Shown: positions 49,233 to 61,274 of the stretch, one piece after another
Numbering within the stretch: the first letter of the stretch is position 1
Layout of the letters: every line of letters begins with the position of its first letter
Assembly: GCA_950097015.1 (NCBI GenBank)
Contig: CATNEN010000039.1
Coordinates: 18,724,001-18,788,000 of the forward strand
DNA: 64,000 bases
Origin: Macrostomum hystrix
Lineage: Eukaryota; Animalia; Platyhelminthes
Reading direction: 5' to 3'
Position numbers and translations under genes: made by a program
Notes under the pieces: generated by a model
The model's database searches: none
What the model was told of the DNA's origin: nothing
Seen by the model: the letters and a program-made list of their open reading frames with translations, nothing else

Positions 49233-52200
49233 ATGGCCGTTAAAAGAAAAGGTAAGCAGAAATCTTCCAGTTAGAATTTCTAGTAGCCAAACTTGGGGTT
49301 GCGATCGATCGCTGAAAAAATACTTGCATTTAAAATTCTCACTAGTCGCGAAGAAAAATAATACGCTATTCAATTTTTGTTTTCAGATTATTGCAATCCG
49401 AATAAAGTAATGGAATTTATTGTAATTAAAAAATTCACAAGAAAATTGACAAAGTTAGATTTAAGGTGTACAGGTTAATTGCTTTTTATGGTTTCAGGAA
49501 CTTGAGTTACATATCTTTAACATCAAAAATGCAGTTTCCCCGACTCATTTGAAATCTAACTCAGGCTAGATAAAGTTTAATTAAAAGGTCTTCAAATCAC
49601 ATCTCTCTTTTTTCTATTCACAGATTTCCAGAAGACTTCCGCCTATATTCACCAGTTTCTATTGAAGCTAGACTTCACACCGGAATGCGCGGAAGTTCGC
49701 GACGCGCTCAATTTGGCCCTGCTGCACATGCAGAAGTATTATCGTTATCTGCGACGACGCCTTGAAAGTCGGGATAGGGACAACGCGTCGCTAAGTAACT
49801 CATCACTGCGCGGCCTGTCGCCAATGACACCACCAGTTGAACGGCCCGAACGATTCGAATGGCGCTGGCAGGACCTGGAGGGTCGGCGAATGAGCCTGCT
49901 GAGGTCGCAGGAGCCCGGCTTGCCGTTGGGCATGTCGCTAGCGCTTAGCGCCAGCAAAACTGGCGACCTGGAGACCCTGCGAGCTCTGCATGGCAACAGT
50001 ATGGCAACCGAGGGGGTTCAAATTGGTTGGGATAGATAAAACAATGTATGCAAAAGTTCGCAGCTAGGTATGCGCTTTTCTAGGATAGTTGTAGGCCTTG
50101 TTTAACAGGTGTGCACACCCTTGTCTAACAGGTGTGCACACCCTTGTCTAACAGGTGTGCACACCCTTGTCTAACAGGTGTGCACACCCTTGTCTAACAG
50201 GTGCGTAAACCCTTGTCTAACAGGTGCGTACACCCTTGTCTAACAGGTGCGTACACCCTTGTCTAACAGGTGTGTACACCCTTGTCTAACAGGTGCGTAC
50301 ACCCTTGTCTAACAGGTGTGTACACCCTTGTCTAACAGGTGTGTACACCCCTTGTCTAACAGGTGTGTACACCCTTGTCTAACAAGTGTGTACACCCTTG
50401 TCTAACAAGTGTGTACACCCTTGTCTAACAGGTGTGTACACCTTTGTATTAGTGTGAGAGACAAAGGTAAGTCAGGAGTTCGAATCTTGGCGCAGTTTAC
50501 GCAAGTAGAGTCCCTTAACAACACAAATAATTGCGCATTACTTATGTTCAACAACTTGTAAAATGATTTGATTTTGATGCTGCAGCCGTTCCACTAACTT
50601 AACAAATGCAACAACTGGGCTTCGCGTCATTTAGTGCATTAGAGCGAAAGGTAGTCTTTTCAAAAACAATATTGTGCTCTGTATTCTTCTCCAATACACA
50701 CAATTCATTTTCATTCTGTTCTACTCTATTCGATTCTAGTCAGACTTCCATGTAATACTATTCCATTTCTCGTTTGCTCTCTTTAAAAAAAGCACATTAA
50801 AGATTTTGCCGATCCGTATTGCGAAAGGCTTCGAACAGTGAGAACAGCAATGAACTATAATGCAGAGCTCGTTGGAGCCAAATAAGAGCTAAAGCAGGCT
50901 ATTTCTCTATAATGCACTAAAATAACTATAATATAAATTGAAGAGTATTATAAAATGGATGATGAAGGGTTGATAGCATTGTGTGTTGTGTGTGTGAGTA
51001 GGCAGATGCAGATTCTCAAACGTTATTTACACAGAGAGCCTATACATCCAAACCGAGCTAAATTTTCTCAAAGTTAAAAAATGCTATTTCCCATTGACAG
51101 GCATCAATAGGCAGAAAACAGTTTTGTTTTTCTATATCTTTCTTTCCTTCTCTCAAATTGAATTCTCATTCCTCGCGCAGACCCCGCCTGCTTGGACGAG
51201 TGCGATGGTCTAGGCCGCAGCCTACTGATGTACGCGGTGCAGTTTGAACAGTTTGAGACCGCACAATGGCTTCTGCACTGCGGCGCAAATGTCAACGCTG
51301 CGGCGCATGGTTTGTGTTGTTTTACTTTTCTAGTTTAATTTTTTTAGTTTTTAGCTACTGACTTCTTTACTACACTACTGTGGATAGTAGGGACATACAG
51401 ACTTTTCTTTTCTTTTCAAGTAAATTAACGAAATGAAATATTAAAACAAACGCAGACCAATCAACGGCTCTGCATCTGGCAGCCCACAAGGGCCTGTGGA
51501 ACTTCACCGAGCTGCTCGTCAGCCATCGGGCCAGCGTTGACAGTCAAGACGGCATGGGTAGGGCTCCAATGCACTGGGCTGTCACTACGCATACAACTGA
51601 ATGTCTTAAGGTGAGTAGTTATTAAAGATTATCACTAGGGAACCCTGATAGAATCAGGCGATTAGCAATCAAAATGGTAAATTCAAATCAGATGGGAATT
51701 TCCGATAAAAGTGAAATCCCAAATTCAAGGGTAATCCAAATCAAAAAGAATAAAAATCACAGAAAATCGTAGTCAAAGGACAATCCAATGCCAATGGGAA
51801 ATTCCCAGCAAAAAGGACTTCCTATATGAGGAAAATCAAAGGGAATTCGAAATAAAAGAGGAATGACATTCAAAAGGGAAATCCCAAAAAGAAAAGAAGA
51901 GTGGCATTCAAAAAAAGAGAAATCGCATTCAAAGGGAAATCCCAATAAATGAGGCAATTGCATGCAATAGGAAATCCCAAAACGAGGGATATCATTCGAA
52001 GGGAAATCCCAAAAAGAGGGATATCATTCAACGAGAAATCCCAATAAAAAAGGCATTTGCATTCAAAGGGAAATCCCAATAAAAGAGGAATCGCATTCAA
52101 AGGGAAATCCCAATAAAAGAGGCAATCCCATTCAAAGGGAAATCCCAATAAAAGAGGAATCGCATTCAAAGGGAAATCCCAATAAAAGAGGCAATCGCAT

Positions 52201-55200
52201 TCAAAGGGAAATCCCAAAAAGAGGAATTACATTCAAATGGAATTCCCTATAAAAGAGGAATTGCATTCAAATGGAAATCCCAAAAAGAGGGATATCATTC
52301 AAAGGAAAATCCCAATAAAAGAGGAATCGCATTCAAAGGGAAATCCCAATAAAAGAGGCAATCGCATTTAAAGGGAAATGCTAATCAATAAGGAATTGTT
52401 TTTAAAGGGAAATCCCTTTCAAAAAAGCAAATTGCATTCAAAGGGAAATCCCAATAAAAGAGGCAATCGCATTCAAATGGAAACGCTAATCAAAAAGGAA
52501 TCGCATTCAAAGGGAAATCCCAAAAAAAGAGGAATTGCATTCAAAGGGAAATCCCAAAAAAAGAGGAATTGCATTCAAAGGGAAATCCCTATAAAAGAGG
52601 AATTGCATTCAAATGGAAATCCCAAGAAGAGGGATATCATTCAAAGGGAAATCCTAAAAAAGGAAATCTCATTCAAGAGGGTAATCCAAATCAAAGAGAA
52701 TCTCATTTAAAAGGGAAATCCAAATAAAAATGGATCTTATTCAAAAGGGAAATCCGAATCAAAGGGAATCACATTCAAAGGGAAATCAAAAGCGAAATTA
52801 AATCACAAAAGTCAACCATTTTGCTTGGAAAATTTTTTTCCTTAACTTTCTCTGACAGATACTACTAAAAAGCCGAGCCAATCCCAGTATTCGCGACAAT
52901 GACCTGACCACGCCGTCAATGTGGGCCTGCAGGCTGGACAACATCGACCACTTCACCATCCTGAGCCGGCTGGTTCGAGTCGACGAATTTGCTGATGGCA
53001 TGGAGCGCGACTCATCCGGTTGGACCTTCCTGCATTGGGCCGTGCGGCGACAGGAACCGCTAGAGTGCCTTCGGGTGGGTGCTGGAGGTTCTGAGGATGC
53101 GGGGATTCCTGGAAAACCTACTAGTTAGAAACCTGAATGTTTTCAGATATATTTAATAATAATACTAATAACAATTGAAGGAGGGCTGCGGGCAGTGGCA
53201 CATCATTTGGTGACACTAGACCCGCAGCCAGCGATGAGGCAATTCTGCACTTTTCGCTAACTCCTGAGCACACACGCACACAGATACGCGTACCGTTCGC
53301 AGGCATACGATCATCTCATCGTCAGGCAGTGTACACTTTCACTGTGCCTTGGAGGTTGGCCCTCAATGGTGTAAATTGCACTACAAGCCCCCTTGCCTTC
53401 TCTCCGCGGCTGCGCCCCAAATGAATGTGGCCTCGCCGCGGAATCGACCTCGGGGGAAATTGGCGCGAGAGGCAAACGTGCTAGACCGCTCTACCACTCA
53501 CCCCACTTTCAGACCCTTATCACCGAGGAGAACGCGGTTGTCACCGATATGAACGGCAAAAATGTCCTTATGGTTGCTGCCGAACAAGGTAATGTTTGTT
53601 CGTTGAGCTTCTGCCATCAATCTGTCACTCTATCAATCTGTCACTCTATCAATCTGTCACTCTGTCAATCTGTCACTCTGTCAATCTGTCACTCTATCAA
53701 TCTGCCACTCTATCAATATGTCACTCTATCAATATGTAGCTTTATCAATCTGTCAGTTTATTAATCTTTCACTCAAAGACCGACTACACGTCCTAAATCG
53801 ATAAATAAAGCATTTAATTTCGTCACTCCGCTCTTCAGGCTCGTTACCTGCTTGCAAAATTATCATGGAGGTATGCGGAAAATCTATTATTGATTATCGC
53901 GATCAGGACAGTCGATCGGCAGTTCACCTGGCAACTATTGGCGGACACGGAGAGGTGCTCAACTACCTGCTAGACCAGGGTGGTGAGTCTGTCACTCCAT
54001 GCCAATCTGTCACTCCAAGTGTCAGTCTGTCACTCCATGCCAATCTGTCACTCCAAGTGTCAGTCTGTCACTCCATGCCAATCTGTCACTCCAAGTGTCA
54101 GTCTGTCACTCCATGCCAATCTGTCACTCCAAGTGTCAGTCTGTCACTCCATGCCAATCTGTCACTCCAAGTGTCAGTCTGTCACTCCATGCCAATCTGT
54201 CACTCCAAGTGTCAGTCTGTCACTCCATGCCAATCTGTCACTCCAAGTGTCAGTCTGTCACTCCTTGCCAATCTGTAACTCCAAGTGTCAGTCTGTCACT
54301 CCTTGCCAATCTGTCACTTCATGTATCAGCCTGTCACTCCGCCATTTCAGCCGACATGGAGCAAAGAGATCGGGACCACGCCACACCTTGGGACTATGCC
54401 AAGCAGCGCCAGTTAAACTACTGCAAGCTCATACTGGCCAGTCATTACAGACAGCGCTGCAAAGATCTGGAATTGGCCAGCCAAAATTCCCTTCAAGATC
54501 AAATGCGAGCCTCTGTCAATCTGGTAGGAATTTACTTCTCAAGACAAAATCGACTTAAACATTTCGACAATGCACATTTCAGCGTGCTCAACTTAACAAC
54601 CTTATCTTAGACAAAGAACCCTAACCAAAATTTATAACTTTGATTGTAACTTTTTTCTTGCCAATAGAATGTTTACTATTAAATACAACCTAACACAGTC
54701 AACCCCTACCCCCAGTCAACCTCTACCCACAGTCAACCCCTACCCCCAGTCAACCTCTACCCACAGTCAACCCCTACCCCCAGTCAACCTCTACCCCCCA
54801 GTCAACCCCTACCCCCAGTCAACCTCTACCCCCCAGTCAACCCCTACCCCCAGTCAACCCCTACCCCCCAGTCAACCCCTTCCCCCTCAGTCAACCCCTT
54901 CCCTAATTCATTCCGACTCGCAGCCAAACCTAATTTTCTTATTATACCATTTTCTAATTTTAATCTACCACATTCTAGTCGCAAATAGAACTAGCATTAA
55001 TTAACAACACAACCTAACCAAGCTAATACTAACATTATTAAACTCAGCAGCACCAGAAACAGCAGCACCAGCACCAGCAGCAGCAACAACAGCAGCAGCG
55101 ACAACAGCAGCAGTTTTTACAGAGGCAAGCATCGGTCGACGCAGGCAAAGACGTCGATAGCTCTGACAGCAGCGACAATGCAGCGGGCAGCCGTCACCAG

Positions 55201-56804
55201 AGTGTCGGATCGCCTGTTGAAGGCGCCCGCCTGTTGCACAGCACAACCAGGACCGTCTCGTTAGACGCGTCTTGCTACGAATCGGACGGCGGTCAGAAGA
55301 CGGACGAGCGCAGACAGTCGGTTGGGATAGTCAGCGATGCGGTTGCAGTGAGAACGCAGCGTCGCGATGGACTTGGACTGAATTTCTCTTGTCTTTTTGC
55401 TAGTTTTTTTACTTATTAGGTTGCACTGTAAGCGACTGTTTACACATCTAAAGCCATTTTCCTTGTAATACTAGACCTTACATATATAACGCTAGCCTAA
55501 CTACGTAGCTCACGTGCTAACGTAATAACACATGAAAGGATCAAACATACCCCTGCCCGCAGTCAACCCCTGCCCACAGTCAACCCCTGCCCACAGTCAA
55601 CCCCTGTCCACAGTCAACCCCTGCCCACAGTCAACCTCTGCCCACAGTCAACCCATGCCCACAGTCAACCTCTGCCACAGTCAACCCATGCCCACAGTCA
55701 ACCTCTGCCCACAGTCAACCTCTGCCCACAGTCAACCTCTGCCCACAGTCAACCTCTGCCCACAGTCAACCCCTGTCCACAGTCAACCCCTGCCCACAGT
55801 CAACCCCTGCCCACAGGCAACCTCTGCCACAGTCAACCCCTGCCCACAGTCAACCTCTGCCCACAGTCAACCCCTGTCCACAGGCAACCTCTGCCCACAG
55901 TCAACCCCTGTCCACAGTCAACCTCTGCCCACAGTCAACCTCTGCCCACAGTCAACCTCTGCCCACAGGCAACCTCTGCCACAGTCAACCCCTGTCCACA
56001 GTCAACCTCTGCCCACAGTCAACCCATGCCCACAGTCAACCTCTGCCCACAGTCAACCTCTGCCCACAGTCAACCTCTGCCCACAGTCAACCCATGCCCA
56101 CAGTCAACCTCTGCCCACAGTCAACCTCTGCCCACAGTCAACCTCTGCCCACAGTCAACCTCTGCCCACAGTCAACCCATGCCCACAGTCAACCTCTGCC
56201 CACAGTCAATCCCTGCCCACAGTCAACCTCTGCCCACAGTCAACCTCTGCCCACAGTCAACCCCTGTCCACAGTCAACCCCTGTCCACAGTCAACCCCTG
56301 CCCACAGTCAACCTCTGCCCACAGTCAATCCCTGCCCACAGTCAACCTCTGCCACAGTCAACCTCTGCCCACAGTCAACCCATGCCCACAGTCAACCTCT
56401 GCCCACAGTCAACCCATGCCCACAGTCAACCTCTGCCCACAGTCAACCCCTGTCCACAGTCAACCCCTGTCCACAGTCAACCCCTGCCCACAGTCAACCT
56501 CTGCCCACAGTCAATCCCTGCCCACAGTCAACCTCTGCCCACAGTCAACCCCTGCCCACAGTCAACCTCTGCCCACAGTCAACCCCTGCCAAGAGTCAAC
56601 CCGACAACCAAGCCCCTGTCAACCCTAGCCCCAATCCTACCACACGCAACCCCTTCCATCCAAAACCTCAAATACCGCCCCTCGTCCACCGCCCGCCAGG
56701 ACATGCAACCTCGACCACCGGCCACGCCGCCATCCGGCCGGTCAAAGTCGCCATCGTCGTCAACTCGACGCCGGCTGCGTGGCGTGGTTGCACCAATGCT
56801 GCAG

Positions 56805-56845
<41 letters not shown>

Positions 56846-57725
56846 GCAGCAGTTTCCTGCGGCGTCAATCGACACCGACTACTATCAGGATGAAGGAGAT
56901 GATGGCTTTGAGCGTCGAGCGCCACCAGCTGCAGAATACTCACCTGAGCAACAGCAGCAGCAGCATCTTCAACTACTTGAATCCTATCGCACAATGGACA
57001 GCGAAGACTTTCAACAAACAGCCGCTGCGTTGCCGGAGCCCAGACGGCCGTCGGCAGCCAGGGGAGGACCGCGGCCATCGCCGAGAGGCCAATCGCCACA
57101 GCAGCAGCAGCAGCAGGCCGCCTCCCTGACCTCCCCGACGCCGCCGACAGATCGTCGGTTAATGATGCGATCGCAGCCGCCTTACAAGCTGCAACGTCAG
57201 ATGGCTGAGAATAACGGCTCGGTTGATGCTAATGCTAGTGAGGGAACCGACGCCTCACAGACGCCGCTGCAGCCGCATCAGCAGCTGCCGCCGCCGCCGC
57301 CACCGCCTCCACAATTCGGAGGCGACATGGGATCGCTTGTTGGCGGGCATCGTGAGTAGGGGCCTGTTACAGATGGTTATTAAATATATTATGCTTTTAC
57401 CTGAGTAGATTATGATTTTACCTAAAAAGACCATATTTTTACCTGAGTTGATCATGTTTTTACCTGAGAAGATCAGGTTTTTTGCCTGAGCAGATTAGGA
57501 TCAAACCTGAACTTTCACAACTATTCTCTTATCAGAAGCTACCGCCCCCCTAAAACAATTTCAGCTCCCCGAACACCCCCGGACAAGCAGCGCCTGATTG
57601 GCCCACCGCCCCAGCTGATGCCGCTGAACTACCCTGGCAACGGGCGACAGACGCACGCCGAGCTGCTGCCACCGCCGATGCTGCAGCCGCATCAGCAGCT
57701 GCAACAGCAAAATCAGCATCAACCT

Positions 57726-57760
<35 letters not shown>

Positions 57761-59215
57761 ACATCGAAAGAAAAAGAAGGCAAAGAACAAGCGAATCGGC
57801 AGCGGCGGAAGCGTCCAACAAGTGGCATCGCCACCGATGACCGCCGCTTCGTCGAGCAGCTCGGGGCAGAATGGGCTCGTCAGCCCGACGGCCCCATTGC
57901 TGCCGCTGCAGCAGTAAGCAACGCTAATGAATTTTACTAAATTAATAAAATTAGCTCATTGCCTTGTGGTTAGAGCGTCGGACGTCTGACTAAGAGGTCG
58001 GGAGTTCGAATCATAGCTGAAGTGAAGCTATATGTATTAGTGAGCAAAGCAATTAATTACCCTGGTGCTTCAGTGTTAGACGTGTTAGACAGGTTAGACG
58101 TGTTAGACAGGTTAGACGTGTTGGATGTCACACGTGTTGGATGTCACACGTGTTGGATGTTAGACATTTTAGATGTGTTAGACATGTTAGATATGTTAGA
58201 CGCGTTAGATATGTTAGACGTGTTAGACGTGTTCGATATGCTAGACGTGTTAGAAATGTTAGATGTGCTAGATGTGTTAAACGTGTTGGATGTTAGACGT
58301 GTTAGACATGCTAGACGTGTTAGACGTGTTAGACATGTTAGACATGTTAGACGTGTTAGACATGTTAGCCGTGTTAGACATACTAGACGTATTGGATGTT
58401 TGACTTTTTAGACATGTTAGACGTGTTGGATGTTAGACGTGTTAGACAAGTTAGACGTGTTGGATGTTAGACGTGTTAGACATGTTAGACGTCTTAGACA
58501 TGTTAGACATGCTAGATGTGCTAGACATGTTAGACGTGTTAGACGTCTTAGACATGTTAGACGTGTTAGACGTCTTAGACATGCTAGCCGTGTTAGACAT
58601 ACTAGACGTATTGGATGTTTGAATTTTTAGACATGTTAGACGTGTCGCGTGTTAGACTTGTTAGACACACGTGCTAGTTATAAGCGCCAACAATAACCTG
58701 ACAAACAGCCATCAACAACTCCTTCTATTCAGTCCGCAGCAGCATCTGTCTCCGGGAGTTGGCGGAGGTTGGCAGGGCTATCAGCGCCCAGCTGATTTGC
58801 CACCACCAGTCACTCCCCGGTTGGCTGTCTCCGGTCGCATCTCGGCAGCCGACCTGGCCGCGGCAGGCGGCTTCATACCTCCGCCAGTTGGCTTCGGCAA
58901 CGCGTCGGCAGAGAATTCGCCTAGAGCTGCATCGCCCCAGCCATCGGTGAGTAGCTACTTTTGAGTAGGTCGCATCGAACTATCGAACGAGTCACAATCA
59001 ATTGCATTCTCGCACAGGTTGGGGCCAGCGGCCAGCCCATAGCAAAGACGGCGGTTTACTTTCCAACCGCCGGACGACCTCGACCGCCGCGAACCTCCAC
59101 TGCCGCCGCCGGAGCCGCTCTGGCCCCGACTCAGGAGGACATGAGATATCAGCACCACCTTCAGCAGCAGCAGCATCAGCAGCAGCAGCACCAGTTTCAG
59201 CATCAGCAGCAGTAG
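49233..59215 (+). CDS. Ankyrin-repeat protein, inversin/ANKRD55-like N-terminal repeats, long Q/P-rich low-complexity tail, about 1004 aa
   Basis: Exons 49233-49251, 49624-49998, 51181-51309, 51456-51610, 52859-53074, 53513-53588, 53839-53982, 54351-54523, 55048-55291, 56629-57351, 57565-57913, 58733-58946, 59018-59215; phases sum to 3015 nt. Ankyrin motifs GRSLLMYAV, STALHLAAHKG, GRAPMHWAV, GWTFLHWAV, RSAVHLATIGGH, ATPWDYA. Donor of exon 9 and first exon are less certain. Confidence 0.88.
50096..50447. repeat. Minisatellite, 23 bp CCCTTGTCTAACAGGTGTGTACA (ankyrin intron 2)
   Basis: About 15 copies. Confidence 0.96.
51690..52800. repeat. Minisatellite, 32-34 bp CATTCAAAGGGAAATCCCAATAAAAGAGGAATCG (ankyrin intron 4)
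   Basis: About 30 copies with degenerate edges. Confidence 0.94.
53150..53504 (-). mobile_element. SINE family A in ankyrin gene intron 5, antisense
   Basis: Reverse complement GGGGTGAGTGGTAGAGCGGTCTAGC..GGTCGATTCC followed by the same body and tail. Confidence 0.85.
53612..53775. repeat. Minisatellite, 16 bp TCAATCTGTCACTCT(A/G) (ankyrin intron 6)
   Basis: About 10 copies. Confidence 0.93.
53983..54350. repeat. Minisatellite, 38 bp GTCAGTCTGTCACTCCATGCCAATCTGTCACTCCAAGT forming the whole of ankyrin intron 7
   Basis: About 9.5 copies from donor to acceptor. Confidence 0.96.
54695..54903. repeat. Minisatellite, 17-18 bp CAGTCAACCCCTACCCC (ankyrin intron 8)
   Basis: About 12 copies. Confidence 0.95.
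55548..56628. repeat. Minisatellite, 17 bp CAGTCAACC(T/C)CTGCCCA (ankyrin intron 9)
   Basis: About 63 copies ending at the acceptor. Confidence 0.97.
57390..57512. repeat. Degenerate repeat, about 21 bp, TTTTACCTGAG.GATCATG (ankyrin intron 10)
   Basis: 5-6 imperfect copies. Confidence 0.7.
57962..58060 (+). mobile_element. Degenerate tRNA-derived SINE head
   Basis: GTGGTTAGAGCGTCGGAC..GAGTTCGAATC. Similar decayed heads near 700-780, 45722-45865 and 50460-50570. Confidence 0.55.
58072..58670. repeat. Minisatellite, 9 bp TGTTAGAC(G/A) (ankyrin intron 11)
   Basis: About 65 variable copies. Confidence 0.95.
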
Positions 59216-60424
59216 TAGAATTAGTTGTAGATAACTTTCAACGATTTTTCTCCTTCTTCTTCTTCTTTTCTCTGCTGGTTTATCGATAATTGGTAATTGG
59301 TTAAGAAAAAAGTTTTTCGTTAATCTACATAATAGAAAATAATTGTTCAAAATAAACATTTTTAAGATACATTTTCACTAAAAATATTGTTAGAGGATTC
59401 ATATTTTAATTCAAAAAAGTTATTGACGATGAAGCCCATTTTATAAAACTAAAAAGCATACTTTATTATGCTATATATATTAAATTAATCCGAATGATTT
59501 AGCAAAAACCATTTGTATAAGTGAAAATGAAGTTTTAATAAATAAATAAAATTCTCAGTACGAAAAAAGTTTAATATTGATAAAAAAGAAAACTGTTAAA
59601 ACAAAGTGAAAGTCAGATCATTTCGTAAATTTTTACTCTTTTTTATGAAAATTAAGATCATTCATTAGTTATAATTAAGTATACTTATTTTTCTATTATG
59701 TCTATTAAAGTTTTTAACACGACGAAATTCTAGTATCGAATGACCTTCATTTAGTTCTGTTATTTTGCCTTCCGCTTAATAGATTTCTTATATTTTGTAT
59801 TCCATGTCTTTTAAAAATGGTGAGCTACATTCCTTGCTTTTATTTTTTTCTTGTAAAGCTTAATAAAAACATAAAGAACTGTTATTTTTAGTATTTTTTT
59901 CTTCTTGGAATGTGACGTAATTATCTCAATAGATATCTCAAGGAATTTCAAGAAACAACAAAGTTTTCTTTTCTCATGAAGAGAAACATTTTTATGAAAT
60001 GTCATGGTGCTAGGAGCCACTGTGAAACTGTTTTACCGTATTTTTATGCAAGTTACGCTTACAAATATAAGCGTAATATACGTTTTTCTTTAAATTTAAT
60101 ACATGAACTTTATTTCTTTGTGTAGATCTTTGCAAATATACAACACCAATGAATTAAAAAACATCAAATATTTGACCGAGGCCGACAGTTTTACTACTAT
60201 TTCTATATAACTCTACGCGTTGCGCGTTTTGATTCAAGATTTATCGATCGTCACTCAAAGATTTTAAGCACAAATTACACAGCTTGTATTCTGTGATTTT
60301 AAGTGTATTTCGTTCTTTGATTTACCGGAAGATTTTTATACTTTTTTTATAAAATATATTATATATAATGTACAGTTCGAATGTCAAGCAAGTAACTGAT
60401 GACAATAATAAGTTTTATTTTTAA

Positions 60425-60730
60425 TATTAGGGGTTGCGGGCAATGGCACACCCTTGGTGAGGAGGCTGTTCTGCACTTTTCGCTGACTCCTGAGCACACA
60501 TGCACACAGGTGTGTGCCCTGACTTTCTCATCTTAAGGCAGTGCACACTTTTACTGTGCCTTGGAGGTTGGCCCTCAAAGGCGTACATTTTCTTCCCCCA
60601 AATGGACAGCCCCCAAGCCTTCTCTCCGCTGCTGCGCCCCAAATGGATGTAGCCTCGCCGCGGAATCGAGCTCAGGGACCAATTGGTGCGAGAGTCGAAC
60701 GCGCTAGACCGCTCTGCCACTCACCCCCGA
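60425..60730 (-). mobile_element. SINE family A, intergenic
   Basis: Reverse complement GGGGGTGAGTGGCAGAGCGGTCTAGCGC..AGCTCGATTCC..GTGTGCTCAGGAGTCAGC. Confidence 0.85.
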
Positions 60731-61274
60731 GCTAAAACGGAAGCTGTTATTAAGGTTTTAACAGCGACAGGGATCTCTATTTAGACAGGTGTCTGCGAAA
60801 TTATGGGCTTTGAGATATGCAGAAAATGGATTTCATATTTGCCTGTGATTTATTCAAGTACAATGTGAATTCCGTCTGGGATTCTAGAATTTTTTATTTT
60901 TGGATTATAATCTCAAGATTTAATTATGGGTCTGAATAAGATTAGCCTCTAATATAATCATCGACAGATTAGAAGTTATTACAGTTTAGGAAAAATTATT
61001 CAAAGCCGTAAGTAAGCAAATATGTATAAGCAAACGATTTGCTTTTAAATATGTCGAATAAATTAGATAGCGACCAAACACAGCACTGCGTGATTGTATA
61101 ATAAAAATATTTTTTTATTTGCAATTTGGTCACTATTTTATGACAAAAAGCGAAGTAAATAAAATCATCAACTTCGAAGCTGCTGATTCTGTACAAAATA
61201 ACGAATAGATGTGTCGTTTTAATCTATGTCATATGGAATGCATATGGCAGCAACCGGGAGGGAATATTTGAAGG

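Noticed and set aside
57962-58025. tRNA gene (also 39980, 61860-61928, 45722, 700-780)
   Set aside because: A/B boxes present but no acceptor stem or cloverleaf; they continue into SINE bodies.
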